64,000 nucleotides of DNA from an uncultured Spirochaetota bacterium (GCA_963781885.1 CAWAHW010000002.1:608001-672000); one strand, 5' to 3'; positions 9,660-20,133 are shown, numbered from the stretch's first letter. The notes: generated from the sequence alone by a model not told the origin. Numbers and translations: made by a program.

Positions 9660-12128
9660 TTATTGAAGCAGGAATGTGCGGATCTGGCATCCGTCGAGCG
9701 TGAGCGGGAGGGTGCGCCCGTCGCACCCCGCCATCGGCCGCGGGTTTCTCTCCGCGAGATCGGTCTCCACGATTGCCCGCGGAGCAAACGGAAGGATGAG
9801 CCGCGCATCCGCGATCTTCGCGCCGGTGGCCTCGTAGACGCGGATCACGATCCCGCGATCGCTGCGGCGGACGGCGGAGAGCACGATGCGCGGGTCGGAG
9901 GCCGCGAACCAGGAATAGCGGGCGGGCAGGGAACCCCCGTGCGGCTCCGCGGGGAAGGCGATCACCGGGGTATTGAAATCGTGACCTTCCTCCCACGGGC
10001 GCGCCGCGCGCCAGTCACCGGCGTGGGCGTACAGCGCGTAATGGAACGTGTGCGCCACGCCTTTCTCACGTGCCAGCGCAGAGTCCGCTGACGGCGCCGT
10101 GCACCGGAGCAGCGAAAGCATCATCACGCCATCCACCACGTTGTTCCCCGGCAGGCCGCGGTTGAGCAGCGCCACGCCCCTGCTGCCATCGCGCGCGCCG
10201 TAGTCGATCCAGGTCTGCGCCGGCAGCTCTCCCGCGGGTCTCTCGACCGCGCCGAACGGTATCTCGTGCGTGATCCTGCCGCCGGCAATTGACGTGGGAA
10301 AGGCGGCCCTGTAGCGACAACGCTCGTCGTTGTTCACGATCGTCGTGGCGATCTCCACGCGCGGAAGCCCCGCATAGATGCGCACCCGGGTGGCAACCGA
10401 TCCGGTGCCCCAGGGGCTATCGATGCAAAGCTCGGCAAAGGCATTGCCGTGCCGTATTTTCCCCTCGACGGGGACCATGGGGAAGAAGAGAGCGGCGCTG
10501 TCGTCTTTCGCGGGGAAAGGCCACAGACCCGAAGCGTCGTCAAATTGCCGCAAGTCACCGTCGTCCCGCTCGCGGGCGATGGTGTTGCCGCACCGACGGC
10601 TGCCCGACACCGCGTCCCATCCCGTGGACTTCTCGATCAAGCCGGTGATGATGCCCCTTTGCTCGTCGAGGCAGACCCGGACCCTGGCGTTTTCCAGGAA
10701 TGCCTCCGGCGCCTCAGAGGCGATGATGTCGGAAGCCGCGTTCCCGCCGGGCCGGCAACCCGCGGGGAGCGGCACGATCCTGTAGACCTCGTAGCCGAAC
10801 GAGGGAAGGTCGCGCGCGATGAAGAGCACTCTCCCGCGCAGGATCGCGCCCTGCCGATCGCGCTCGACGGAGAGCAGATCCGAAGGAACCGCGATTCCCT
10901 CCGCGTTTCGCACCTCGATCTCGAAGCAGCCGGAGCCTGCCACGGTGAAATCCGTTTCCACGGCGTCCGCGCGGCCGTGCCCCAGCGTGTTGAAAACCGC
11001 CACGGGCATCCCCTCGCCGCGAGTGTCCACGGACTCCACGATCCGTGCCGCAGCCTGCGCGATTCCGAGGCGTGCCTGCTCCTCAGACGATGCGAAGCTC
11101 TCCAGCGCGGCCCGGTAGAACTCGTCCACGTGGGTGCCGCAGATGATGTCGGGGGCCTGGTTGAGCAGCACGGGCTGCCAGGCAGTCGCCAGGGACGCGG
11201 GCGATGGCGCAGCCTCGACCGATGTCGCGAACGAAGCGGCCGCGTCCAGCTTCTCCCAGTCCAGGAGGCTCGTTTCCAGCGCCCTGTTTCTCTGCTTGAC
11301 CGCGATCCTGGCGCTGAAGCATCCACGGAATGCCCCGGTGAAGTCACCCGCGATGGCAGGAAGCATGCCGTAGTCCATCACTTCCTCGAAATATCGCGCG
11401 GGCGTGGAGAAGACCGCCTCATAGCATTCCTGGGTCTTGTTGTACGCATCCAGCGTCGCGGATCTCGTGAGGTCAGGGCCGCAGAGCGCGAGAAGCCCCG
11501 GCTGCTCGCAGTTTTTCTGGAGAAGCGCGAGGCGCTCGTCGAAGAATCGACGGAGCTCCCCGGTCGACGGAGCGCCACGGAACACGTCGCATCCCAGCGG
11601 CATGCAATGGATGAAGACGCGCGTCCCGTCCATCCCCTGCCACAGGAAGTCGGCCGCGGCGTCTGGAGGCGTCCCGCGCGGGATGATCGCCCAGTCGAAC
11701 CCGCAGCCGGCAAACACCTGGGGCATCTGGGGGTGACAACCGGATGCATCGAGTGTCCACGCGCATCGCGCATCGATTCCCAGCGACTCGAAGAAGGCCC
11801 TTCCCTCGATCACCTGCCGGATGAACGACTCGCCGCAGGGCATGTCGAGGTCGGGGCTCACGAGCATCGCCCCTTCGAGGGTGAGCCGTCCTTCCCCGAT
11901 AAAGCGCATCAGAGCCGGCTTTTTTTCGGGATGACTCTGGAGATAGGCCATGAGAATCCATGCGCCGTCCAGCGCGAACGTGGCGGCGCGATCTTCACCC
12001 AGTGCGTGCAAGGCGCTCTCTATACGCAGAAAACCGGCCTCGACGCCGTCCCCGCCTGCGGGGATGAGCCCCGCATCACCGCGGGTCTGCGGGATCACGT
12101 GCACGCGCCGCCTTTCCGTTTCCGGCAT
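9660..12128 (-). CDS. Divergent GH38 alpha-mannosidase-like protein
   Basis: GH38 architecture ([29 protein letters not shown]), but the metal-binding motifs are altered. Confidence 0.8.
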   Translation of the reverse strand: MPETERRRVHVIPQTRGDAGLIPAGGDGVEAGFLRIESALHALGEDRAATFALDGAWILMAYLQSHPEKKPALMRFIGEGRLTLEGAMLVSPDLDMPCGESFIRQVIEGRAFFESLGIDARCAWTLDASGCHPQMPQVFAGCGFDWAIIPRGTPPDAAADFLWQGMDGTRVFIHCMPLGCDVFRGAPSTGELRRFFDERLALLQKNCEQPGLLALCGPDLTRSATLDAYNKTQECYEAVFSTPARYFEEVMDYGMLPAIAGDFTGAFRGCFSARIAVKQRNRALETSLLDWEKLDAAASFATSVEAAPSPASLATAWQPVLLNQAPDIICGTHVDEFYRAALESFASSEEQARLGIAQAAARIVESVDTRGEGMPVAVFNTLGHGRADAVETDFTVAGSGCFEIEVRNAEGIAVPSDLLSVERDRQGAILRGRVLFIARDLPSFGYEVYRIVPLPAGCRPGGNAASDIIASEAPEAFLENARVRVCLDEQRGIITGLIEKSTGWDAVSGSRRCGNTIARERDDGDLRQFDDASGLWPFPAKDDSAALFFPMVPVEGKIRHGNAFAELCIDSPWGTGSVATRVRIYAGLPRVEIATTIVNNDERCRYRAAFPTSIAGGRITHEIPFGAVERPAGELPAQTWIDYGARDGSRGVALLNRGLPGNNVVDGVMMLSLLRCTAPSADSALAREKGVAHTFHYALYAHAGDWRAARPWEEGHDFNTPVIAFPAEPHGGSLPARYSWFAASDPRIVLSAVRRSDRGIVIRVYEATGAKIADARLILPFAPRAIVETDLAERNPRPMAGCDGRTLPLTLDGCQIRTFLLQ

Positions 12129-12136
12129 ATGCCTCC

Positions 12137-15100
12137 CTATGGCGCGATGCGGTACACGGTGCCGCCTGTCCTGCCAAAGACTTCCGGCTGATACATGAGC
12201 TCCGCCTGGACGGGCGGCGTGGGAAACACCCCCGGAGTCGTCGCGCGGAAGAGGAAGCTCACGTCGTGCCTTCCCCGGTCGAGCTGGTCGAAGAAGAAAC
12301 GCACCTCGCTGTCGTAGATCCGGCTCGTGTACCCTTTGTCAGGGGCCTCGTCGAGCGCGGCGACGTCCGTGTCCTCCGAGCTTTTGTCCGCGGGTGGCTT
12401 CACGACCTGCGACGTGACGAGCGAGCCGTCGATGGGCTCGGCGCCGGAGGGCAGCGGCGCCCGCAGCGCGAAGTAGGTCCTGTCCTTCGATGAATAGAAG
12501 ACGACCCGCATCGTGTACACCTTGCCCAGCGTGAGGTCGTTTCCGGAAACCGCGGCTCCCGTGTCGTCGAGTATTTCCGTCTCGATGCCGATGCCTTCAT
12601 CGCGCGGGTCCGCGCCGGAAGCGGAAAGCGCGTCGCGCAGCTCCGCCGCGTAGTACAACGTGCCCTTGCCCGACAGGCCGAATGTGAGCGGGAGCTGCGC
12701 ACCCGCGCTGCCGAGCTTTGAGGCCGGGATGAATTGGGCGAATGGCGCCCGGGAGGGACCCTTGAATCGAGCACCGGCAATCTCGGTTCCGCCCAGCTTC
12801 ACGCTCGCGGTGAAGTCGGACTGGTTTTCCCTGTTGGCCGCAATGACTTCTGCAAATGCCTGGAGCACCCATCCGGCATTGCTCGTGTTTTCCCAGTGCC
12901 CCGTGCCGTTCGCGGCCAGAAGGTCGTTGGCAAGGCCGAGCACCAGGGGTGAGTCCGGCTGCAGGCGCGTGAAGAGCATGAGAAGCAGCGCCTTTGCCTG
13001 GAGATCGCCTCCGTACCAGAGCCAGTCGTTGACGGTGCCGACGAGGGTGACGGTGCGCGTGCCGACACGGATGAAGCTCTTGAGCCGGCTCAGCACGGCC
13101 TGGGCGGACTTCTGGTTTCCCATCGCCTCGTAGGAAAGCCCGAGGAATCCGTAGCCGAAAACACCCGCCTTGTCGGCAAGGGCGGCGATCGCGGCCGCCT
13201 TCTCCCGTTCGATCCTGCCGTCACTGGTGAGGACGTACAGGGCATAGGCCTGCAGGTAGGTGTCCTGGTCGGCCCATCCGTTGTCGAGATAGGACAGAAG
13301 CGCGTCCCTGTCGAGGTCCGTCGGTATTGCGATACCGTGCGTCTTTGCCGCTGCAAGAAGGTGGGCGACCCGAAGCGAAACGTAGTAGTTGGACCTGCGA
13401 GGCGCAGGGTCGTCCCAGTAGGAGAAGCCGCCATCGGGGTTCGCGAAACGGCTGAGAACGGAGAGATCGGCGGCTCCAATGGAAGGGAAGAGAACGCGCG
13501 CGAAGAGCTTGCTCGTCACCTGCTCGAGGCAGTCATAGGGATAGACGTCGAGGTACCGGATGGCTCCGGCAAGCGATGAGGCGATCGTCGAATCGAGGCT
13601 CAGATACAGCCCTTCCTCCGGCACGCCGAGGAAGGCGGGCGGCACCGTGATGCCTTCCTGTGCAAGGTCGTTGGTCTTTCCGACGATGGTGAAGGATTCG
13701 CTCAGGTGCTCCTCCACCACGGCAAGCGTCTCATCCAGCCTCTCCTTCAGCACGTCGGAGTCCACGCCGAATGAAAGCTTCGCCGTTCCCGGGGAGGTCG
13801 CCTTCATGTCGAACGCGACTTCCGCCGTTTCTCCCTTCTGCAGCGTGACGCTTTTTTTCTGCGGTCCCGTGAGGTCCAGGCCCTGCGCGGAGAGGGTCAC
13901 GGCCACGGTATGCGCAATCGTGTCGATGTTCGTGAGCACGACGCCCGCGGTGGCGGTGTCGTCCACGCGCATCTGCCGGGGAAGCGCCGCGCGCACGTTG
14001 AGGGGGTTCTGGACGACGATCTCCCCTTCGACGATCCCGAAGGCGTCGTCCTTCACGGCAACGGCGGTCGAGCGGAAGCGCGTGAGGCTGTCGGGGAGCT
14101 TGAATGTCGCGCTCACCTTCCCGTCCTTGCCGGTGACAAGACCCGTGCGGAACACGGCCGTGGGGTTGAAGTCGCGGCGCACCGACGCGCCCGGTCCCGC
14201 CGCGGCCTCTTCCAGCTTCTCGTCGCCGCCGGGCAGGTCATTCGCCTTCCACGTGACCGGGTCCATCAGCATGTCGCGCGTGTCGTAGTGCGCGACCTTG
14301 TCGGGGAAGTTGTCCCGGCTGTAGAAGAAATCCATGGGATTGGGGACCCGGTAGTCGATGAGGTCCAGCACGCCCCTGTCCGCGGCGACCAGCGCGATCT
14401 CCGCGCCCTGCACCGGCTGCCCGTTCATGGTGGCCGTGAGGGTGACGGTGGCCTGGCTGCCCGGCCTGTAGCTTTCCTGCGCGTTCGAGATTTCGAGCGT
14501 GATCGTCCTGGACGACGCCTCCACGGGAAGCTCCACGAGACCGGAATAGCCGCGCGGCGTGCCGAAGTCCGGTTCATCGGGGCTGGCCGCGGGCGGCTGG
14601 GTCCGACCCGTTGCCGTTGCGACGAACACGTACACGATCGGGATGTGCGCCGCGGTGAGGGGGATGTCGATGGTTGGGGCGCCGCCCGCCAGATCCATGG
14701 TCTTTCTGTCGATCACGCCGTCGCGCTCCACGCTCACGAGATACGTGCCCCGGGCGACGGGGCTCTTGATGAGGAGGTGGGCGACGTCCCCCGGCGAATA
14801 GACCTTCTTGTCCGGGACGATCTCGATCTGTCTCTCGTCGGTGCGCTGCCAGGCGATCTCGTCCGAGCCGGTGGCGTAGAATGAGAGCTTCGTGAAGCTT
14901 TCCCGTCCGCTCTGGTCTTTTCCCATCAGCTCGATGCGGTAGGAGCCGGACTTCTCCGTGGAGAGCTGCAGCGCCGCCGCGGATCCCTTCGGGTTGACGG
15001 TGAAGGTCTTTTCCACGACGTCCTGCTTCTCATAGCGCGTGTCCACCTCTCCGCCGATTGCCGCCTCCCGCACGAGCTTCCATTCTTCACGGATCAGGGC

Positions 15101-17746
15101 GCCGCTCACCGCCGAGGCCGGGTAGGCCACGCCGTCAGGATCGACGGAAACGACCTTGAGCGTGAATGGCACGGCCTTTGTGACGAAGTACAGCGCGTCA
15201 TCCGATTTCGCATCCGCCGTGAGCTTCGCGCCGAGCTGCTGGGCAGAGGAGAAGACGGTGCGCGCGTCGCGGGTGGAAATTGCCTGCCGGTCGATGTCCT
15301 GGACCGTGGCGACCATCTCGTATGTATAGACGCGTCCCTTCTCCGCATCGCCGAGCTTCTGCGGCGCCTCCACAATCCCGTTCGACGGAAGGGAGCCCGA
15401 ATCGGAGGTGAGGTCCTCCGCCCAACCCTTCTCCACGTCCCCGAATGTGTACGACTCCCATTCGTCTCCCGGCGGTTGATACCAGGTCTCGCGCCGGGTC
15501 CAGAACCAGGTGTAGGTGCCCTTTGCGATCGTCCCGCCCGCCAGGTACGTTCCCGTAAATCGGGCGTCGATGCTGCCGCCGATGAAGAAGCGGTCGTCAG
15601 GGACCGTCAGGTCCACGCCGAACGTGACGCGTCTGAAATTGGCCACTTGCACGGAGGCCGTTCCCGTGTGGGTGTCTTCCTTTCCTGCGATGCGATGGAA
15701 AGAAAGAAGCAGGTCGCCCGGCTCCAGCGTCTTCGGAAGGGCCATTTGCCCTGAGAAGCTCCCGGACGCCGACACCGTTCCCGTGGCGGAGGCAAGCGCC
15801 GTGCCGTCCTCCGAGCCATTGCCGAGGTCCACGCGGAATTTTCCCGGTACGGCGGTGAACCGGCCGAGCGTCAGGTTGCGGTCGATGCCGGCAAAGGAAA
15901 GCGTCTCCCCGGGTCTGTAGATGCCCCGATCCGACCATATGTAGGTGAGAGGTTTCGCGTTTTCCGCCGCATAGGGCGCCTCGGAATTCCACGAGCGGCC
16001 GGGAATCTCGTGGGGACGCAGGACCAGGCGATCCTGGCCCTTGGCGATCTCGATCTCCGCCTTTTCTTCGCTTCCCTGGAAGCCTGCCATGAGACCGCCG
16101 GGCGGCAGCGAGACTGCCGCAAGACCCTTCGCGTCCGTGCGGCCGGATGCCAGGGCCTTGCCGTCGCGCCGAAGCGTGACCGTTGCATCGGCGATCGGCG
16201 CCCCCGTGGCGAGCGAGCTTGCCAGCACGAGGATTGAATTGTAGCCGACGCTCACGGACGCCCCGATGTCGGTGACCTGCACAACGAGCTGATCGTCGGC
16301 ATCCTGCGCCGTGTCACTTCCCCAGAAAAGGCCCTTGAATGCCCAGGAGAGGAATGCCGTGCCCCGACCGGCGCCGTTGAGGTACGGGGAAAGATCGTAG
16401 ACCTGGAAGTGCCGCGTGTTGCGCGGGATCTTTTTCGCGTCGACCCTCACGACCGGCCCCTTGGGAGGGGTCGCGGAGGGGTTGTCCAGCCGTCCGATGA
16501 CGTAGCTGCCGGAGTCGATATTCTCCATCTCGATGGCGACGCGCGGGGGAAACTGCGCTTCGAGGATGCGCTGGCCCGTGCTGCGGAAATCGACGTATGC
16601 TTCCGCCGGTCCCACCTCGAGCTTCACCACCTGGTCCTTGCCCAGCGTCTGGCCGTAGGTGTCCTCGATGCCCGCGCCCAACTTCATGTCGAATGTCGAC
16701 TCGAAATCGACCGGCACGTTGTGGAGGAAGACCCACGAGCCGGACACCTCGAGATTCCTGCCCACGTCATAGCCGGGGAAAGGGAGCTGGATGTTGGCGG
16801 CAACCGTCTCCTCTTTCAGGTCATGATTGAACTGGAGCTCCGCGGTCGCGCTCGCACGCCCCATGCTGACGTCGGATTGGTCGACCGCGAGGGGCAGGAG
16901 GGTGTGGAAGCCCTGGGTGAGATCGTCGTCGGTGCCGTAGTTTTCCGGCAGGGGCTTCGCCCCTTTCAGCACCCGCACGACGATGTCCGCGTCGCGCGGC
17001 AGCGCCTTCACCGGCGTGAGGGAAACGAGCCTGTTGGCGTCCTCGTACGGCCCGAGCTGGAGGCGGCTCGAGATCTGCGGCCGCGCGGCCTTGAATGCCA
17101 CGGGGTCACCGTCAGCCTCGATGCGGATGAAGGGCAGGATGGTCGGAAGATCCACGGGGAAATTGAAGGTGACGACAAGCTCACCGCTGGATGCAGGCTC
17201 GACGTCATCACCCGAGGGAAAGAGGGAGACGATGGAAAGAGGCTCGGTGCGGAAGCTGAAGCGCGTCGTGCCCGTGAGCGGCTCGCCCGCGAGAGATCGC
17301 AGCGACGGGCTCACGGTGAACGTGTATTCCGTGGCAGGCGCGAGCTGGCTCTTTGGCTCGAATGCAAGAAGCCGCGAGCCGTACCAGCGGTAGATGCCGT
17401 CCACGCGCGGCGAGATGGCGAGGATGCCCGACGAGGTGGCAGGCTTCTCCAGCGTCTTCAAGGCAACGACAGGCTTGTTGAAAAGCACCCACACGCCGCC
17501 TTCGAGGTTTTCATGCGCGACCGTTCCCGTGGGCCCCACGTCGTCCACGGCGAACGCCCCTTCCGCCGAACCCGTCCCCAGGGCGGCAAGGACCGTGGGG
17601 ACCTGCGGGCGCGGGCCCGGTCGCACGGGGCCCACCCGGGAGGGGGTGCATGCCCCCAGCGCGAGGGCCAAAAGGGCGGCGATTGCCGCCACGGTGTTCC
17701 GCGGCAGTCCGCGGCTTTCGCGGCCCGCGGGGAGCGCCTTTCTCAT
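12137..17746 (-). CDS. Bacterial alpha-2-macroglobulin family lipoprotein
   Basis: Lipobox LALGAC, DRGIYRPGET (MG2), FKLPDSLT, thioester YPYDCLEQ, C-terminal AELMYQPEVFGRT; SD GGAGG before ATG 17746. Confidence 0.92.
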   Translation of the reverse strand: MRKALPAGRESRGLPRNTVAAIAALLALALGACTPSRVGPVRPGPRPQVPTVLAALGTGSAEGAFAVDDVGPTGTVAHENLEGGVWVLFNKPVVALKTLEKPATSSGILAISPRVDGIYRWYGSRLLAFEPKSQLAPATEYTFTVSPSLRSLAGEPLTGTTRFSFRTEPLSIVSLFPSGDDVEPASSGELVVTFNFPVDLPTILPFIRIEADGDPVAFKAARPQISSRLQLGPYEDANRLVSLTPVKALPRDADIVVRVLKGAKPLPENYGTDDDLTQGFHTLLPLAVDQSDVSMGRASATAELQFNHDLKEETVAANIQLPFPGYDVGRNLEVSGSWVFLHNVPVDFESTFDMKLGAGIEDTYGQTLGKDQVVKLEVGPAEAYVDFRSTGQRILEAQFPPRVAIEMENIDSGSYVIGRLDNPSATPPKGPVVRVDAKKIPRNTRHFQVYDLSPYLNGAGRGTAFLSWAFKGLFWGSDTAQDADDQLVVQVTDIGASVSVGYNSILVLASSLATGAPIADATVTLRRDGKALASGRTDAKGLAAVSLPPGGLMAGFQGSEEKAEIEIAKGQDRLVLRPHEIPGRSWNSEAPYAAENAKPLTYIWSDRGIYRPGETLSFAGIDRNLTLGRFTAVPGKFRVDLGNGSEDGTALASATGTVSASGSFSGQMALPKTLEPGDLLLSFHRIAGKEDTHTGTASVQVANFRRVTFGVDLTVPDDRFFIGGSIDARFTGTYLAGGTIAKGTYTWFWTRRETWYQPPGDEWESYTFGDVEKGWAEDLTSDSGSLPSNGIVEAPQKLGDAEKGRVYTYEMVATVQDIDRQAISTRDARTVFSSAQQLGAKLTADAKSDDALYFVTKAVPFTLKVVSVDPDGVAYPASAVSGALIREEWKLVREAAIGGEVDTRYEKQDVVEKTFTVNPKGSAAALQLSTEKSGSYRIELMGKDQSGRESFTKLSFYATGSDEIAWQRTDERQIEIVPDKKVYSPGDVAHLLIKSPVARGTYLVSVERDGVIDRKTMDLAGGAPTIDIPLTAAHIPIVYVFVATATGRTQPPAASPDEPDFGTPRGYSGLVELPVEASSRTITLEISNAQESYRPGSQATVTLTATMNGQPVQGAEIALVAADRGVLDLIDYRVPNPMDFFYSRDNFPDKVAHYDTRDMLMDPVTWKANDLPGGDEKLEEAAAGPGASVRRDFNPTAVFRTGLVTGKDGKVSATFKLPDSLTRFRSTAVAVKDDAFGIVEGEIVVQNPLNVRAALPRQMRVDDTATAGVVLTNIDTIAHTVAVTLSAQGLDLTGPQKKSVTLQKGETAEVAFDMKATSPGTAKLSFGVDSDVLKERLDETLAVVEEHLSESFTIVGKTNDLAQEGITVPPAFLGVPEEGLYLSLDSTIASSLAGAIRYLDVYPYDCLEQVTSKLFARVLFPSIGAADLSVLSRFANPDGGFSYWDDPAPRRSNYYVSLRVAHLLAAAKTHGIAIPTDLDRDALLSYLDNGWADQDTYLQAYALYVLTSDGRIEREKAAAIAALADKAGVFGYGFLGLSYEAMGNQKSAQAVLSRLKSFIRVGTRTVTLVGTVNDWLWYGGDLQAKALLLMLFTRLQPDSPLVLGLANDLLAANGTGHWENTSNAGWVLQAFAEVIAANRENQSDFTASVKLGGTEIAGARFKGPSRAPFAQFIPASKLGSAGAQLPLTFGLSGKGTLYYAAELRDALSASGADPRDEGIGIETEILDDTGAAVSGNDLTLGKVYTMRVVFYSSKDRTYFALRAPLPSGAEPIDGSLVTSQVVKPPADKSSEDTDVAALDEAPDKGYTSRIYDSEVRFFFDQLDRGRHDVSFLFRATTPGVFPTPPVQAELMYQPEVFGRTGGTVYRIAP

Positions 17747-17819
17747 CGGAGCCTCCATGGAGAAACACGATAGTAGCAGGTTCGGCGGGCCTGTTTCAAC
17801 GAACGGGTGGCTCAAAGTG

Positions 17820-17848
17820 TTGACAAAAGAAGCCTCTTTGGTCATATT
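17820..17848 (+). promoter_or_regulatory. Promoter of the tRNA cluster
   Basis: TTGACA-17 bp-CATATT just upstream of tRNA-His. Confidence 0.6.
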
Positions 17849-17858
17849 TCTCGCGCAC

Positions 17859-17932
17859 GGTGGGTGTAGTTCAATTGGCAGAGCACCAGACTGTGGATCT
17901 GGAAGTTGTGGGTTCGAGACCCATCACCCACC
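17859..17932 (+). tRNA. tRNA-His (GTG), G-1 included
   Basis: Cloverleaf, anticodon arm CCAGA-CTGTGGA-TCTGG, TTCGAGA T-loop, C discriminator. Confidence 0.95.
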
Positions 17933-18036
17933 CATAGCGTGCCGAAGGCGCGCGAGGGCGGGTAGGCCGCGCGAGCCCGACAGCCGTTGCCACGCAACGG
18001 CAGAAGGGCCACAGCGGGAAGGTAACATGGACTCGA

Positions 18037-18110
18037 GCGTCCGTAGCTCAGTTGGATAGAGCGCCGGGCTTCGAACCCGTAGGCCGCAGGTTCGAGTCCT
18101 GCCGGACGCG
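18037..18110 (+). tRNA. tRNA-Arg (TCG)
   Basis: Acceptor GCGTCCG/CGGACGC, anticodon loop CTTCGAA, GGTTCGAGTCC. Confidence 0.93.
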
Positions 18111-18155
18111 ATTGAAAAGAAGGTGCCACGAAACTGCGCGGGCACCGCGCAAGAT

Positions 18156-18317
18156 ACCGTGGCCGCAAATGCCACGGATTACCGTGGCCGCAAATGCCAC
18201 GGATTACCGTGGCCGCAAATGCCACGGATTACCGTGGCCGCAAATGCCACGGATTACCGTGGCCGCAAATGCCACGGATTACCGTGGCCGCAAATGCCAC
18301 GGATTACCGTGGCCGCA
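18156..18317. repeat. Tandem palindromic array, 25-bp unit ACCGTGGCCGCAAATGCCACGGATT, 6 full copies plus one partial
   Basis: Identical units read directly from the sequence; no spacers. Confidence 0.97.
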
Positions 18318-18335
18318 CTGTGGGTTTGACATGAC

Positions 18336-18408
18336 GGGCCGCTAGCTCAGTTGGTAGAGCAGAAGACTCTTAATCTTCGGGTCGCAGGTTCGAGTCCTGC
18401 GCGGCTCA
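18336..18408 (+). tRNA. tRNA-Lys (CTT)
   Basis: Anticodon arm GAAGA-CTCTTAA-TCTTC; canonical D and T arms. Confidence 0.95.
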
Positions 18409-18476
18409 ATACGATGAAAGGGAATCGCCAGGGCACCGCGTCTTGACGAGTCCCGGCCGTCGTGGTTACTATCCAG

Positions 18477-18560
18477 GCGAGAGTGGTGGAATTTGGCAGA
18501 CACGCCAGACTTAGGATCTGGTGCCGAAAAGGCTTGAGGGTTCAAATCCCTTCTCTCGCA
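18477..18560 (+). tRNA. tRNA-Leu (TAG)
   Basis: Anticodon arm CCAGA-CTTAGGA-TCTGG, long variable arm. Confidence 0.95.
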
Positions 18561-18574
18561 GTGGGAGAGCGCAC

Positions 18575-18647
18575 GCGGGAATAGCTCAGTTGGTAGAGCT
18601 CCACCTTGCCAAGGTGGATGTCGCGGGTTCAAGTCCCGTTTCCCGCT
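18575..18647 (+). tRNA. tRNA-Gly (GCC)
   Basis: GCGGGAA/TTCCCGC acceptor, anticodon loop TTGCCAA. Confidence 0.95.
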
Positions 18648-18656
18648 CACGGAGAA

Positions 18657-18691
18657 GGCGATCTGGAGGGCAGTCCGGGTCGCTTTTTTTT
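18657..18691 (+). terminator. Intrinsic terminator after the tRNA cluster
   Basis: GCGATCTGGA/TCCGGGTCGC stem followed by a T8 run. Confidence 0.8.
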
Positions 18692-18783
18692 CGCTACCGC
18701 TGCAGAATGCCACGCGCCTCCCGCACTGTCCGTGCGCGGCAACGCGGCAGGGCCAATACCGTTTCGGAAAGAGGTCATCAAAG

Positions 18784-20133
18784 GTGAATGCGACCAAGGA
18801 AGTGGAGTTCCTCGAGAACTCACAGGTGAAGCTCAAGGTGCACGTGCCGACGGCGGACGTGAAGCAGGAATACGACAGCATCGTCAAGGAGTATTGCCAG
18901 AACGCCCACCTCAAGGGCTTCCGCAAAGGCAAGGTGCCTGCGGACGTCGTCATCCGCAAGCTCGGGCCGTCGCTCATCGATCAGACCCGGGCGGAGGTAC
19001 TGGAGAAGACCCTGTCCGAGATTTTCGAAACCGTGGAGCAGAAACCCATCCCCTATGCCACGCCCGAGATCAAGTCGGAGGAGGCGTTGGAGCTGGGCAA
19101 GGACTTCAGCTTCGAGGTGGTCTACGACACGTGGCCCGCAATCGAGCTGGGTCCCTACCTCGGCCTGGAGGTGGATCAACCGGAATGGGAGATCACCGAC
19201 GAAGACATGGGCCGCGAGCTCACGGGCCTCCAGGAGCAGAACGCGCTCTACACCGACAAGGAAAGCGGTGCCGTGGAGACGGGCGACATCGTCAACATCG
19301 ACTACGTCGAGATCGAGTCTGCCGGCACGGAGCGCCCGGGCACGAAGCGGGAGGCTTTCGTCTTCGAGGTGGGCACGGGGTACAATGTCTACAAGCTGGA
19401 TGACGAGGTCATCGGCATGGCGAAGGCGGAGACGAAGCTTGTCACAAAGACCTTCCCGGAGGATTTCGAGACCAAGGTGCTCGCCGGCAAGACCGTCATG
19501 CTCCGCGTGACGCTCAACAGCATCAAGGAGAAGAAGCTCCCGGAGATCAACGACGAGCTCGCGCAGGACCTGAGCGAGAAATTCCAGACCCTGGACGATC
19601 TGAAGGCGGACATCCGCAAGAAGCTGGAAGACGCCGTGAAGTCGGCGCTGCGCTCGAAGACCGTCACACGCGTGCTGGATTCCGTCGTGGAGACGTCGAA
19701 GATCGCGCTCCCCGCGTCCATGGTGGACTACCAGCTGGAAGCGATGTGGCAGGAATACGCAAACAGGCTGCGCGTGGATGAGAAGCAGCTGGCCGCCATC
19801 CTGGAGCAGCAGGGAAAATCCGTGGAGGACGTGCGCAAGGAGTGGACCCCGGGGGCGGAGAAGAGGGCGCGGCTTCAGCTTGTCGTCTCGGAGATCGCCA
19901 AGAAGGAAGGCATCGGCATCGAGGAAAGCGACCTGGACGCGGAGATCGGCAAGATGGCGGAGGAGCGCAAGGTCACACCGGAGGAGCTGAAGGCGAACCT
20001 GGCGAAGAACGACCTCGTTGACTACATGCGCAGCAACCTGCGCACGGACAAGCTCTACGACTACCTCCTTTCCAAGACGAATATCCGCACGGCGGAGAAG
20101 AGGAAAGTATTGGACATTCTCCAGGGTAATTAG
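18784..20133 (+). CDS. tig: Trigger factor
   Basis: GFRKGKVP ribosome-binding motif, FKBP-like middle domain, position before clpP. Confidence 0.95.
   Translation: MNATKEVEFLENSQVKLKVHVPTADVKQEYDSIVKEYCQNAHLKGFRKGKVPADVVIRKLGPSLIDQTRAEVLEKTLSEIFETVEQKPIPYATPEIKSEEALELGKDFSFEVVYDTWPAIELGPYLGLEVDQPEWEITDEDMGRELTGLQEQNALYTDKESGAVETGDIVNIDYVEIESAGTERPGTKREAFVFEVGTGYNVYKLDDEVIGMAKAETKLVTKTFPEDFETKVLAGKTVMLRVTLNSIKEKKLPEINDELAQDLSEKFQTLDDLKADIRKKLEDAVKSALRSKTVTRVLDSVVETSKIALPASMVDYQLEAMWQEYANRLRVDEKQLAAILEQQGKSVEDVRKEWTPGAEKRARLQLVVSEIAKKEGIGIEESDLDAEIGKMAEERKVTPEELKANLAKNDLVDYMRSNLRTDKLYDYLLSKTNIRTAEKRKVLDILQGN

Noticed and set aside
17935-18036. Cobalamin riboswitch-like GCCAC...GGGAAGG fragment
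   Set aside because: Lies in a tRNA spacer, the other conserved elements are absent, and there is no regulated gene
18156-18317. CRISPR array
   Set aside because: Units are head-to-tail identical with no unique spacers, and there are no cas genes in the window
17842-18345. ORFs with repeated peptides (e.g. 18052..18345, 18123..18329)
   Set aside because: Artefacts of translating tRNA genes and the 25-bp repeat
17859-18647. Integrated island at the tRNA cluster
   Set aside because: No integrase and no duplicated tRNA 3' end seen; the flanking genes look chromosomal
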